Positions 50,040 through 62,597 of a stretch of DNA of 64,000 nt are shown here, in pieces. Position 1 is the stretch's first letter. Each line of letters starts with the position of its first letter. The stretch covers positions 63,154 through 127,153 of the forward strand of contig JAUCBJ010003953.1 of NCBI GenBank assembly GCA_032718475.1. Reading direction: 5' to 3'. Below the pieces are notes generated by a model. The model worked only from the letters and a program-made list of their open reading frames with translations. It had not been told where the DNA came from and ran no database searches. The stretch comes from Nemertoderma westbladi (taxonomy: Eukaryota > Animalia > Xenacoelomorpha). Both the position numbers and the translations under genes were made by a program.

Positions 50040-50300
50040 TACAGTATTGATTCGAATTAGTCAAATTAATTGATTTAAAGGCCAAAAAGGCCGTTACATT
50101 GTGAGATGGGGGGGGGGGGGGGGGGTGATGCAATGCACATCTCGGCGAATTAATATTAGCGGATTACGATGCAGGTTACAGTAGCACGTTATTATAACCA
50201 AAACAATAAACGAAAGACAATACAGTAGTAAATACAGTCAATGGACATGGTTATAAATTTTAAAACAATGATTATGTGAATTACATTTCTATTATCCGAC

Positions 50301-50903
50301 ATGTATACAATTAATTGTATTTTAGTTGGTGAACCCTACGTTGGTAAGACACACCTGATTGACTGTCACATAGAGAAGACAATAACTGAACAGTCATTAT
50401 CATTAAACGGGACTGATAATAATGATTATGATTATAGTAATGGGAAAGCTATTCCTTATCATATGCGATTGTTGGATTACAGTGGATACGATGGAACGCA
50501 AAGTTTGAATCCTGCAGAGAACGGTTACGATGGAGACCAAACGGTGGCTCTTGTGTGTTTCTCCGTGGTTCACCCGGCTTCTTTCCATAGAGTTAAACAT
50601 TTCTGGGCGAGGGAAGTGAAAACAAAATGCCCGGGCGCACCAATCATATTACTGGGCACAAAGATTGACCTTCGAGATGGCGATCCCAACATCATTAGGG
50701 TAATGAGAGCTAAAGGCCAGGTCCCGATTACAAAAGACGAGGGAGACCTTATAGCTAGTAAGATCGGAGCTCACAGATACATGGAATGCAGTGCGGAGAC
50801 GGGGGAAGGACTCGATGACGTGTTCCATCACCTTGTTTATGCGAGTCGCATAGCAACCGATAAACAAACTAAGTCGGACTGCCACCACTGTCGTATTAGT
50901 TAA
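50301..50903 (+). CDS. Atypical Rho/Rac-family small GTPase, single coding exon, 200 aa
   Basis: GEPYVGKT P-loop, LVCFSVVHPASF, CPGAPIILLGTKIDLR, Rho insert helix, YMECSA, C-terminal CRIS (CaaX-like). Confidence 0.88.
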   Translation: MYTINCILVGEPYVGKTHLIDCHIEKTITEQSLSLNGTDNNDYDYSNGKAIPYHMRLLDYSGYDGTQSLNPAENGYDGDQTVALVCFSVVHPASFHRVKHFWAREVKTKCPGAPIILLGTKIDLRDGDPNIIRVMRAKGQVPITKDEGDLIASKIGAHRYMECSAETGEGLDDVFHHLVYASRIATDKQTKSDCHHCRIS

Positions 50904-52159
50904 TACAAATCATACATTAAGTTTGGGTGCATATATATCTATACTATTGACTATTTTTAAAAAAATGACTGTTATTGCCTACATACTGTACATATGTTAA
51001 GCTTAAGGCAACAGCGAATATTAGGATAATTCAAACTCTGCAACTATTGATAGTCTAATTAAAATAAATATTCATGTTTTATCTTTTATAGCTGTTTCGG
51101 CTCCTACAGAAAGGTGTTAATGGCGGTTTAGTGGGATTCGCAAGTTATTAATTAAATTTAAAACATTAGTGGTCAATGATAGACAATCACAGTTCGTTTT
51201 ACTCCAAACCACAAGGTAAAGTGTACCAATATCCATACCATAAAAGCAACTGGTACTGGAGTCTTACTAATAATTACATTTGAACAAACTACAGTACTTC
51301 CCCCAGACTATATATATACATATATTTCGCGAAGGTTTATTTGAAATTAAACGGCAATTATTTTAATTAGACCATGTATCTTTTTTGTTTATGAATGATA
51401 TAGGACGCTGAAAGTGCGAGATATGGCGCTTTCGCCCCTGCTTTAACCTTTTCGATAACTTTCGCATACTTTTCGGTAGCTTTCTTTAATTGTCCTCTTT
51501 CAGAACTATCCAATAAATAATATGAGCTAAATTCTCTAATTCTAGAACATTCATTTATATATTCAGTACAGCTTGAAAAGGCTCAAAAAAAGACTGAACG
51601 ACTGAAGCAGCGCGGAAACGGCCTTTATCCTTGTATCGAGTTTGATAAAACTCATTTTATTAATGAAAATAAAATCCAAGAAAAGTCATACTTGTCAACC
51701 ATTCAGTCTATAATCAGTTATATTTAATTGTTACATCTGTACATTCAGACATTTGACCATGAATCTACCGTTTGATGATGCGATGCTGATGCTAATGTTC
51801 ACAAGTATTGACACATTTACATATTAACTATAAACCGGTAACTATTGCAGTTTGCAAAAATATATAGGCCTGTAGGAATTATTTCCCGCTAGCGGTAACA
51901 TTATAGTGCTGCACAGTACAGCAGTTTGTAGGCTACGGTAGTGCAGTAAGTAGGCCTAAAACCAATAACAGTTAATAACCCTACAACATCAGATACAAGA
52001 TCATTATACTGCATAGCTAATAATAATAATCGGGTTTTTTAATAGTCCGCCCAGATGAAGTTTTAATCGGTCCACTATCAGACTCTGCTACAATCCTTTA
52101 TAGACTATGCTCACGCGGAAACTAAATTATAAATCAATAATACTAGCATTGTACTAACT

Positions 52160-52790
52160 ATTTACATACTTGTTTGTAAATTAGCACTTTACAGTGTGAT
52201 GATCTGAGTGGTTTTGTTACACGAACGAACGTTAGTGAGTGAAAATAAAGCCACGAGGATCAGAACACTGTAAGTGTAAAGTACTTTGCAACAAATATGT
52301 ATGTAGTTTTATTCCAAAATTTTTAACATTACGAAATGATTGTACATATACATTATAAGTGATACAAACTGCACAAATTATATTAGTTGCTGTAGAAATA
52401 ATTGTAAAAATGACATAAATTATGTTATAAATAAGTTAGCTTATATTTATGGTGGCGTTTGGAGACATGTTATAATAATATAGCTAGGCCCTACTGGTTA
52501 TTAATAGCTATACCCCGCCTACCAGTAGGTAATGCAGTAAGCCTATCTGGCTGTCAGGCAAATTTCTACCTATTGCTTACGTGGTAACCATTGACTGCGT
52601 TAAGTAATGTCCCCTGAGTGGACATTACTTAACGCCGTCATGGGTTACCACGTAAACAATAACACCAAATACGATACTAAATGTACAGACCAATACAATG
52701 CTGTAATGTTCTCTAAAGTTGTAAAGTGCTAAATAACAACTCGCTGTTAATAGTAACGGCATTGAGTAATGTTACAATTTTGGAATAAAA
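52160..52790. mobile_element. Non-autonomous element with central long hairpin
   Basis: tagcactttaca (52182) / tgtaaagtgcta (52720) ends; near-perfect hairpin at 52572-52660; similar tagcacttta / taaagtgcta pair at about 10067-10598. Confidence 0.6.
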
Positions 52791-53802
52791 TATGTTTTCA
52801 GTAATTGACAATAAGTTATCACTCCATAGCAAGAACTAGACTAGCTACAGTAGTAGAGTACCCCTTGGTCCATAGCGATGGCAGATTCCTCCGAGCTGGT
52901 AGCTGGCACGGAAACGGGTTCCATCACGGGCGGATCCAGGAACTCCTTAAAGGAGGCTGGGAGGCGAACTATTCTAGAATATCGTGTATTTATTCAATAT
53001 AATAAATGGCCAGCTGCGGAAGCAAATACATACAACATTCGAATGTTTCCTCCACAGAACAAGTTATTTATTTAAAAAGTATAAAGTACAAATTCCAAAT
53101 TCAGACCGTAGAAACTCAATACAATAATCAGTACTAACCAAATTACTAATATCCGCTTACATGATACAACTTGGAAATTATTGAACCTAAAGTTTGTAAT
53201 ATCGTATATCATGTTGCTTAGTAAATCCATCCATAGTAGGTCATTATGTTATTATAGTTATAGGACATTTTAAGGTGATTCATTCCAATCCAATGATTGC
53301 AATAATATTATAAAGTCATTCGCGTTTAAAAATTGGCAACTTGCCTTGAAAAACTCTGGACTGCCAGACTGAATTTAGTTAAGATGACGAGTTGCTTTGA
53401 AATTAACATTATTATTTTGTTCATTTGTTTTTACATAAATTTTCCCTCCTATCTACTGTACAGTACAATATTGTCAATATTACAATTTACTTTACAGTGT
53501 AAGTAAATCATAGGCCCTACTGCTCAACAATACCGGTAATTGAAAACAATTTTAACAAAAACAATTCAAATAGAAATCGTCAATCGGATAAAGGCCTACA
53601 TGCAAAATCGTAGATAATAACAAATCAAATATCAAAAATAAAGGGTTGTGTCACTCACTGCACTGTTAACACAATCCACCAATTCGAAAACCAATGTCCA
53701 CTAATAGCAACGAGAGTCAATAGCACAGTTCATAATCAGCTGTTATTAGTTCAATTTCTCCTGGAGAAGCTACATATATATATGCCTAATCATAATGCAA
53801 AA

Positions 53803-55391
53803 TTAATAGTCAACGGATGATGTAATAACTTTAGTAAACTTATAAGTTTTAGCGGCATTCAAATAGGAACAGGAACTAGCTATACCATCGGGATCGGGAT
53901 TGTTCGTTCATCTGTTCATCGTTCTAATGGAGCGGAGGAACGCAGATAGTTCCTCTTTGTAGGGATCCTCGGGGGGGAACTTGTAAAGGGAAACCCGATC
54001 GTCGGAGGAACGAACTCTCAGCTGGCACTCGGCGACGTACGGATCGGTTAAAGTCAACCCCAATCCGAATCACCTCAATCTCAACCTCGTACCGTCGGCC
54101 GTGCGGAGCGATCGCGTGCAGCAAGGACCCCACCGCCCCGTTGCTAAACTTCCAATAAGAAACGGTAACCCGCGGTAGTCGGTTGCTGGGAGACTGACCC
54201 AGGTCTACGTTGGGTTGCTGGGCAACCAACCGACCGGCGGTCTCCTCGGCGGACACGACATTTGTCCGGACGCTGTCCAACTGGACCTCCCCGACCAGGA
54301 ATTGCGCCAAGTCGCACACGTGAGGGGCCTGTTCGACGATGCGACCCCCGCTGAGCGACACGTCTCACCAGAACGGGTGATCCATCAGTGAGTATGAGCA
54401 GTAGAACTGACATTTATTATAGGCCATAAACCGGGCCCCCGTGAGCGGCGATTAATTCGCGCATTTTGCGAACCCCGCCGTGATACCGGAACATGTAACC
54501 GACCGAGGTGCAGCAGTCGCTCTCCGTCCGAGCGGTTTCCATTGAGTCGAGTCACTCATCGAACTCCGAGAGATGGGCCAATGAGATGGGTTTCTCGATA
54601 AACGTGTTTAAACCTCGTTGAATGCAGCTCAATTCCAATGGATGGCGCAAAGAACCGTGGTAAAATGGAGGTACTCCTATAAAAACTGCGTCTACTTTCT
54701 GGCTTTCAGTTTGCGATAAAAACGTATCCAAAGACGAATAAACCGCGCAGTCTTTGTACATAGACAATGCTGATTGGGATAGACGTGTCTCCAGCCCCTG
54801 GTTCGCTTTGTCCACCAATGGGTCTACTATTGCAACCATCCGCACCCCGCCAATAGATTCCAGTCTGGACGCGTGGTCCCATATGGTCCATCTTTGGCAC
54901 CACCAAAGTTACAGGATTAATGAAGGCAAGGAAGGGTCTTTCACCACGTGGATATAAAGAACGGAAGTTACTTATTTACCGTATGGCCATTCCACTTCAG
55001 CGGTATAATCAAATAAAATAGTGTTAAAATATAATTTGGTTAAATTTAAAAAATAGTTCACAATTTAAAAGTTTAGGGTACTTGCGGTGGCGGGGCTACT
55101 GCCTAAGCAAAGCACTGACTGTTAACTAGAAAAACGTCGTTCCGGTTAATCCAAAACCTTAGTTTAAGATAAGAGAAGGAAAAACGTTCCGGTTAATCCA
55201 AAACCTAAGTTTAAGAGAAGAGAAGGAAAAACGTCGTTCCGGCTAATCCAAAACCTTAGTTTAAGAAAAGAGAAGTGAAAAACGTCGTTCCGGTTAATAC
55301 AAAACCCAAGTTTACTACCAAAGTTCACCGCTCCGGCGCCAATAAATGCTATGTTTAAATCCCGGTCTAAATCCCCCTTTGTAGTGGCCAT
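53803..55391 (-). pseudogene. Gfo/Idh/MocA-family NAD(P)-dependent oxidoreductase pseudogene
   Basis: Joined frames read IAFIGAGAVNFG/GAKDGP/WDHASRLE..VAIVDP..AVFIGVPPFYHG..FIEKPIS..SVGYMFRY..HPFW*..SGGRIVEQAPHVCDLAQ..DPYKEELSAF..AAKTY. Contains in-frame TGAs (about 54552, 54365, 53908), at least three frameshifts and a 406-bp insertion. Confidence 0.85.
54911..55316. mobile_element. 406-bp insertion in the oxidoreductase pseudogene, flanked by a 9-bp direct repeat
   Basis: ACCAAAGTT at 54902-54910 and 55317-55325 duplicates codons N-F-G. Contains about 4 copies of a ~50-bp unit (aaaaacgtcgttccggttaatccaaaacc...) at about 55128-55312. No TIRs seen. Confidence 0.75.
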
Positions 55392-56797
55392 TATTTGATT
55401 TATAGCGGCACCAGTATTTTCTATTTGGAAAAAAACAACGCACAAAGCAAAGTTCACGAGTGGACTCACTATGCGATCTACTCTCGAACAATAGCTACAG
55501 ATCTGATGTTGACACAGCAGTTATTGTACTGTATTTGTTTTGCACAGCGTTCACTCATTGGACCTAGATACTGATGTAGTCAACAATCGTAGTAAATGAA
55601 TGAACGAATTAAATTGCATTTACTAATTGCATTGCACATGCACACCCATTACAAATATTCAGCGCCTACAGTGGGGCGAGCCACAAAGTATAGCCAGTCT
55701 TGGGCTTCATCAGTTATCCAAGTAATGATATTCTATAAGAAAGAAGCACATTTTTAATTAACTGAAATTTGATTGTTCTGTCCGAGTGAAATGATTTTTG
55801 CACGCACAAAGCGAGAATACCAAAAGGTGCAAAATTCAATACACGGGGCAGAATATCTGAATTTCGGTTAAATGGAATTAGTGACAAGGAGTTCTTTCAC
55901 TTTCAGACACGTTTTTTTATGGAACACGCAACGCACTATTTAATTTAAAAAATTTAACGAGTTACCGGTACTAATTTTACATTTCATTTACATTATAGGT
56001 ATATATACCAGAACATACTGCCCAGACGTGTAATTATAATTTTCTGTATGTTTAGTACCATTGAAGGATTTGGATGTTATAATTATTTTAATTATAATTA
56101 TTTTGTAATAAATAAATACGAAATGTCTCTACAGTATAATATAACACCACAATATAATATTTTAATCAGGGGCTACGTGCAGATATTAAATGTATTACAC
56201 GGTGGTTCCCCGACAAAAAACACTTATCTGTGATTATAATATTATATCAAATATTTAATATACAATTTTCACTCCTGCACTCGGGTCTCAATCTCGAAAC
56301 CAGTAAATAATAGCTCCTGCGCTCTAACGACTGATCAAAGATGTTGCACTTTCTATCACTGAAATAGTGATATAAAGACTTTCTGTCATTAATTAAGTGA
56401 TATAAAGACTTTCTGTCACTAATTAAGTGATAATAACAACAGTGAAATATATTTTCTAGAAATTTTAGTGAGAAATTGTGTATTTTTCAGATAAAATATA
56501 TTAATATCATCACCAAAAATGTATTTCTAAACCATACCATGTGAATTAATTAAGTACAGTAGCTCAATCTGTCGGGCTAATATCATTTCCATAACTTTAC
56601 AATATTGCTTCTGAATCATAAAATATCTGAATGTATATTTGGCACACGTACCCGGTAGATTGTATTCAGTTACCTACTGTAGTCTATATTTAAATAGTAT
56701 TTACTGTATTTGTGTATAATTTCCATGGTTTTAAGATATATTTTACTGTTTCCCTTTAATAATTCATGAATGAAGAACTAAAAATAAAGTTTAATTT

Positions 56798-57367
56798 ATG
56801 GATAATATATTATCATTAAAATATAGTTCACAAAAACTTTTGGATTTCTGGTTTTCAGAACATGCAGAGAACCTGTGGTGGTGCAAGAATGACAATTTTG
56901 ATCAAGAAATATCTGAAAAATTTCTCCGTATCTATCAAAGAGCAAAGGAACCGGGATGTTTATGGGATAATAATTCCCCAAGAGACTATTTGGCTACTAT
57001 AATTATGTTGGATCAATTGCCTCGTAATATGTTTCGAGGGATGCCGGAAGCATTCGCATCCGATGAACTGGCATTAGATGTTGCTAAACAAGCAATGGAA
57101 AAGGGATACGACAAAGACCTTAGTGATAAAGAACGATTGTTTCTCTATATGCCTTTTCAGCACAGTGAAAACATAACCGAACAAGAGAAATCAGTAGAAC
57201 TTTTCAAACAATTTGAGAGTAAAACATCTCCTGATTACGACTATGCAGTTAGACACAGAGATATTGTTAAACGGTTCGGACGATTTCCGCATCGCAACTC
57301 TATTTTAGGGCGGATTTCTACGCAGGAAGAGATTGCGTTTTTAAATCAACCGGATTCTGGTTTCTAG
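56798..57367 (+). CDS. DUF924-family protein, bacterial-like, intronless, 189 aa
   Basis: LLDFWF..W...FDQEI..F, LATIIMLDQLPRNMFRG...AFASD..AL, FLYMPFQHSE, H..IVKRFGRFPHRN.ILGR.ST.EE..FL..P.SGF hallmarks. Confidence 0.9.
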   Translation: MDNILSLKYSSQKLLDFWFSEHAENLWWCKNDNFDQEISEKFLRIYQRAKEPGCLWDNNSPRDYLATIIMLDQLPRNMFRGMPEAFASDELALDVAKQAMEKGYDKDLSDKERLFLYMPFQHSENITEQEKSVELFKQFESKTSPDYDYAVRHRDIVKRFGRFPHRNSILGRISTQEEIAFLNQPDSGF

Positions 57368-57504
57368 AAAGTTATTCGTGATTGAAATATGAAGAGCAGT
57401 TGATCATAACAATTAAGGAACAGTTTGTTCTCGTAGAACAATCGACCGCTCACAATATTCAGTTGGAAAATAGTGATATGACTATTGACTTATAATCATA
57501 AATA

Positions 57505-58330
57505 AGGGGTGGGTATATCCCCTATCGTCAAAATTTCACAAATGTGTTTTTTTTTATTTCTTCTCGAGCAGAATTTAATTAGGATCTCAAATCTGTAAAC
57601 CACTTAGCGAGATCTCTTTTAGTTCTCGAGTTATTGCTATTTTCCGTATGACGGTCAGCCCGTCAAATTCTAAGACAGACAGACAGACTAGATCCCACAA
57701 AACAATAAAACTGACATCGCAAATGAAATCAGTGACCCCGAAAACCCCCGTGGTGAAAATATTAGCTCGGTGATGTGCTTCCTTCGTGATCAACCAACCA
57801 GAGACTCCGGACTGCCAGTTTTGGGCGGGAATTTCTAAACTTTGAAGGCAATTATCTCGGAATGACATTTTTATTTTTAAAAATAATACTCCTCCGCTAT
57901 TTTTCAACCAGTTGTCTTTATTTTTGGCACATTCGAAAGGATTTCGGAAGTTCTTTAAAAGTTATCGGTTGGAATTTTAATAAATTTAAATTTTGTGTAA
58001 ATTATCCGATTTTAATTAAAAGGTTACAGTTTTAGGTAAAATTAATTAAAATGGCTAATTAAAATTTATACAAGATAACTTTTGTAGATTCGATGGCGCT
58101 GAGTCCAAAAAAGTTGCTTTTAAGAAATTTGGACAATGATTGAGGAAGAAGTAGCGAAATTTTAGTGAATTATTTAATTCCGTCGCCAGCCGCTAGGGGA
58201 GAGTTCGAAAGTTTTAGGTTTTTTTCACTACGAGAGTTTTGTAAATAAATCCGCAGTAGAAAAAACATGCGCCACTTTCGGATGCCCATATCTGAGTTAT
58301 TATTTAAAGAAATACACAAATTTATACATA
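57505..58330. mobile_element. Dispersed non-autonomous element, related to about 14400-14770 in inverse orientation
   Basis: gaaggcaattatctcggaatgacattttta (57843) vs taaaaatgtcattccgagataatggccttc (14453); (gaca)n tract and gaccccgaaaacccc motif. Confidence 0.6.
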
Positions 58331-60444
58331 TTTTGACAGGTTGGTGGGGGGGGGGGGGGGGGGGTGTATTGACTTTCATTTATTGTTTTGGTTAGAATAA
58401 CGTGCCACTTGAACCTGCTCATCTGACTAACCTATTCGACCTGTGTCGATTTACCTGTTAAGCCACCTCTCCGAAGGACTGAGGATAGCTGCGGTGCGAC
58501 ATGTGTAGTATCGATGGTAACACTATATCGGGTATGGGGTAACACAATTTCTATAAAGGCCTCCCTAAATTCGGCCAACCCAACATCCCAATTTTATTAG
58601 AAATGATTTAAATCTCTACAAATATATTAAAACTTATTATGTTCACTATAAATAGTTTTTATTAATCGTTTATCTCATTAACGATACGTCCGTTTCGTAC
58701 ATTTGAAATTGTAGGTATTATAGTACTGACACTGTACGTACAACTAACATATTAAACGCATATCATAAAATACAAATAAAACATTAAAAACAATAGCTTA
58801 TATTAATAGGGGGTCGCCCATAAAGGACGTCCGAGTAAATGCCGGACTTTCATTCTATGCCGCAATATATATGGGCTTCACCTACAACTACAAGCGAATA
58901 GCCCCCCCCCCCCCCCCCCCCCCCGACCTCGGACGTATTTTATTGACGACCCCTAATAACAATGCTTTATTATAATATATCAATAGAGATAGATACAAAG
59001 GTAAGTAAGTATAATATATCGAAAAGCAATGAAACAAGGCGAGGGGTATATTTGTTACTGCAGTACCACAAACTTACGCCGGTTACGTTTCTGTTTTGCC
59101 ATATCAATAGATTCATGAGCGGTGCGTTGCGTAATATAAATGTTTTTTTTTTAGTTTTTAATAATAACAATACTGCGTGTGCTGTATAATAATAATAATA
59201 ATACTTTAGGTTTAACTATTTTTACTAATTCATTAAATATTGAGTGGTCAATAACTCATTGTGTTAGAAATCCATTTATTAATATCGAAACAGAGCAGAA
59301 TGTACATAAATAATTTATAACGTATAATTCATTGAATTGTGATCAATTAATTAATTAGTAACCATATATATAATTAAAGATAGCTATTACTGAACAAGCA
59401 ACTTGACTTCATACAAGAAGTCACGCTAAAGAAAAATAATAACAAATCCAAATAAACAGATAATTTACAAAAAGTAATTCCACATAAAGTTATACACAAA
59501 AGGAGGTTCGGGAACTCACCACATACAGGGTGATATTGGGTGTCTCCTGCAAATAATCGCACCTACCATCCTCCCCAAGCTAACTATATAATAGCATTCA
59601 AAGTTACAAAAAATACTGACAAATATTTCCTCCCCGTAAACATAAATGATTGCCAATATATTTATCACCATAACACTCCCACTACCTATTTTCTGAATTT
59701 CTACACAGAAAGAAATAATTTCGCCTTCAAATATTCTTCTATAAAACGCCAGCTTTGTTTGCATAAAAAAGCTTCGCCTATTCTATAGCCAAGCCATTCA
59801 CCTTGTTGGGAGATTATTGGTTGAATATAGAGGTATTTGTATTGGCAGGTACTGTGGGACCGACAACCGCCTTAAATTCCTAAACTGTACAAACTGCCCC
59901 CGACTTGTAACTCTAGACAGTGGTTGACCCTGACCCTGACCATGACCACCCCCACCCCCCCCCCCCACCCCTCCGTTGTATTACATGTTACCCTCATACT
60001 GCATATTCTATACGATATTTTACTCACGCAATTAAATTTACTCCGCTCGGTGTGTATCTAGGAAAAGTAAGATTCTTTAGAAGCGTACGCTTTTACTAAT
60101 CGAATCAAACCCTACATATTCTTCGTTAAATAAAATGCTGACTCTGACTCACCCAGTAGGAAACCGGGAGGTCAAAATATCTATGTGGTTATAATTCGTT
60201 TTAAGGGACCAACTCTGCCGGTACTCCTTACTTACTCTTACTGGGATATTGGTTTGTTCGTCGCTCTAAATATATTTCAAATTCCACATAATTACATAAT
60301 ATAAATCATCAAATGCTGCGCCTATTCAGTATTCACGGTCTACAGTAACCATGGAAGCAAAGTTGTTTTACAATGTTCACTTCGTCAATATAGTATGATA
60401 AACCCTTTATGACAAAAAGTAATAAATAACATGAATGAATAAAG

Positions 60445-61413
60445 TTAGAAGGAATAGCAAAAAAGCAACGCAATAAAAAGCAACGCCGATAATAAAGGAT
60501 GCCGCATTCCGTCACTGCTACATTCATCAATGTTGTTACTATCGCAACAGCTAACGGAACAATCCATATCGGAAACAGTAATAGAATCGACGAAACCCAT
60601 CCTCGTATACCGCTGCGGGTAACTGGCCACCTTCGACTTGTATTCCTCCTTGCATTGGGAACTGCTGAACGACTGACAACTCGATACAGGTTCCGCACCG
60701 CACTCACCTATAGATATGGAATATTCCACACCGACTTCTTCGTTCGCCTTTAGGGTTCCAGCCAATCGTGCTTTAGTCATTCGGCAATATTTGCAATACG
60801 GCTCCCATCTGAGTTGGAATAGATCGGCTGTCTCGTTAACTAACTTGTCTATTTCCTTCTGGACATCCTGGGGGGCATTGAATAGTTTAATATCGAACGC
60901 GGCTCCTGTTTCGCACCGCAACTTATCGAGTTGACCAATATTTGGCTTTTGAACCATCCCAGGATCCAGCTCACACTCACCCTCAACAGAACAGCACCGC
61001 ATTTTGCAATCAATTTCCCGGTCTCTAAGAGTTGCTGCTCCGTAGCTAATCTTCTTCAATCTTTCTCCGTATATATCGCTGCACATATTGTACAGCGGAT
61101 CGGTTTCGTTACACACTGACTCGAAGCACCTCGCTTGTTGTATCGCTATGCTGATATATTTATCGCCTTCGCTGTCGATTCGATTGAAAACAGCAACTCC
61201 GCAAGTGCTACAGTTTTGTACATCCTGGACTTCTTGTTTAAAAAGCGGGTACAATCCCTTCTTGAGAAAGTCGAATTCCTCTTCGTTTAATCCGGAGTAC
61301 TTCGACAGACTAACCCGCATTCCATTTTGACAGTTGATCGGATGTACTGGAACAATGTTGATGATCAAATTCAATAAAACAAAAGCAACGCCAAAATAGT
61401 CATAAAGTCCCAT
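60445..61413 (-). CDS. Secreted, probably GPI-anchored protein with two 10-cysteine domains (Ly6/uPAR three-finger-like), 322 aa
   Basis: Hydrophobic N-terminal signal peptide; two repeats with C..CxxC..C..C..C..C..CC..C pattern; small residues SSDG followed by hydrophobic tail LLSALLFIALLFCYSF. Confidence 0.78.
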   Translation of the reverse strand: MGLYDYFGVAFVLLNLIINIVPVHPINCQNGMRVSLSKYSGLNEEEFDFLKKGLYPLFKQEVQDVQNCSTCGVAVFNRIDSEGDKYISIAIQQARCFESVCNETDPLYNMCSDIYGERLKKISYGAATLRDREIDCKMRCCSVEGECELDPGMVQKPNIGQLDKLRCETGAAFDIKLFNAPQDVQKEIDKLVNETADLFQLRWEPYCKYCRMTKARLAGTLKANEEVGVEYSISIGECGAEPVSSCQSFSSSQCKEEYKSKVASYPQRYTRMGFVDSITVSDMDCSVSCCDSNNIDECSSDGMRHPLLSALLFIALLFCYSF

Positions 61414-61649
61414 TTCAAACAGTCAATAGCTGAATAGTTCAGCGTGATTCACTTGTTACTTCTTATGCTTGTTACCGGTAGTGGTTAATACTGTGATAGT
61501 ACCGGTAATACAGTAATAGCAATAGGCTGATAGGCCTACAAATTTGGACAATCGCTATAGGCTACTGCCAGACTGCAGTACCCCTACTGCACTGTCACTG
61601 TAAGTATTTAAAACTGTAAAAGCACGTTAAATCCGCTCTAATCAGACAG

Positions 61650-62460
61650 CCCTTTTCAGCATTTATCATGCTGCACGAAGGCCTCTGAACAGTTTCAACA
61701 GCTATTTTCGGCATTCTCATATTGCACGAAGCCCTCTGAACAACTTCAAATGTTATTTTCAGCATTTATCATGCTGCATGAAGGAATCTGAACAGTTTTA
61801 TCAGCTCTTTTCGGTATTTATCATGCTGCATGAAGGCCTTTTGGCAGTTTCAACAGCCCTTTTCCGCATTTCTCATGCTGCACGAAGGCCTCTGAACAGT
61901 TTCAACATCAATTTTCAGCATTTCTCATGTTGCACGAAGCCATCTGAACAATTTCAACTGTTATTTTCAGCATTTATCATGCTACATGAAGGACTCTGAA
62001 CAGTTTTATCAACTCTTTTCAGTATTTCACATTCTGCGCGAAGGCCTGAAAGTTTCAAAACCTATTTTCAGTCCTTCTTAAGCTGCTCGAAGATCTCTGA
62101 ACAGTTTCAACAACTATTTTCAGCATTTATCATGCTCAGATGCTGCACAAAGCTGCAAAGGTCTCTGAATAGTTTCAACATCTCTTTTCAGCGTTTATCA
62201 TGCTGCACAAAGGACTCTACTCTGAGCAGCTTTGAGAGATCTGTTATGGATTTTTCAAACTGTGCGAAGGCCTCTGGGCAGTTTTATCAGTTCTTTTCAG
62301 TTTTTCTCATGATGCATGAAACCCTCTGAACAATTTCAACTGCACTTTTCGGCATTTATCATGCTATACAAAGGACTCTGAACAGATTTAACAGCTCTTT
62401 TCAGTATTTAACATGCTGTGCGAAGGCTTAAATAGTTTCAAAAGGTCTTTTTAGTATTTA
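61650..62460. repeat. Degenerate 52-bp tandem repeat (~15 copies)
   Basis: ttttcagcatttatcatgctgcacgaaggcctctgaacagtttcaacagcta. Confidence 0.9.
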
Positions 62461-62597
62461 TAGTGCAGCAAGAATGCCTCTAACTAAAGCGTTTTGACAG
62501 CTTGTTTCAGTCTGTCAGTAGGCCTACCGGTATTTATGATGCTGTACGAACGCCTCTAAATAGATTTGGTGGGGGTGAAATGAATATAAGAACCCAT

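Noticed and set aside
54365-54554. In-frame TGA codons as selenocysteine or an alternative genetic code
   Set aside because: Accompanied by several frameshifts and an insertion, so pseudogene decay is the simpler explanation
54911-55318. Intron in the oxidoreductase gene
   Set aside because: A GT is present but there is no AG acceptor at the resumption point, and the flanking 9-bp duplication indicates an insertion
56275-56340. tRNA-like sequence on the minus strand upstream of DUF924
   Set aside because: Only a partial A-box-like word and no intact B box or cloverleaf; at best a decayed SINE head
59516-59788. Overlapping 82-aa ORFs
   Set aside because: No recognisable motif or splice context; probably chance ORFs
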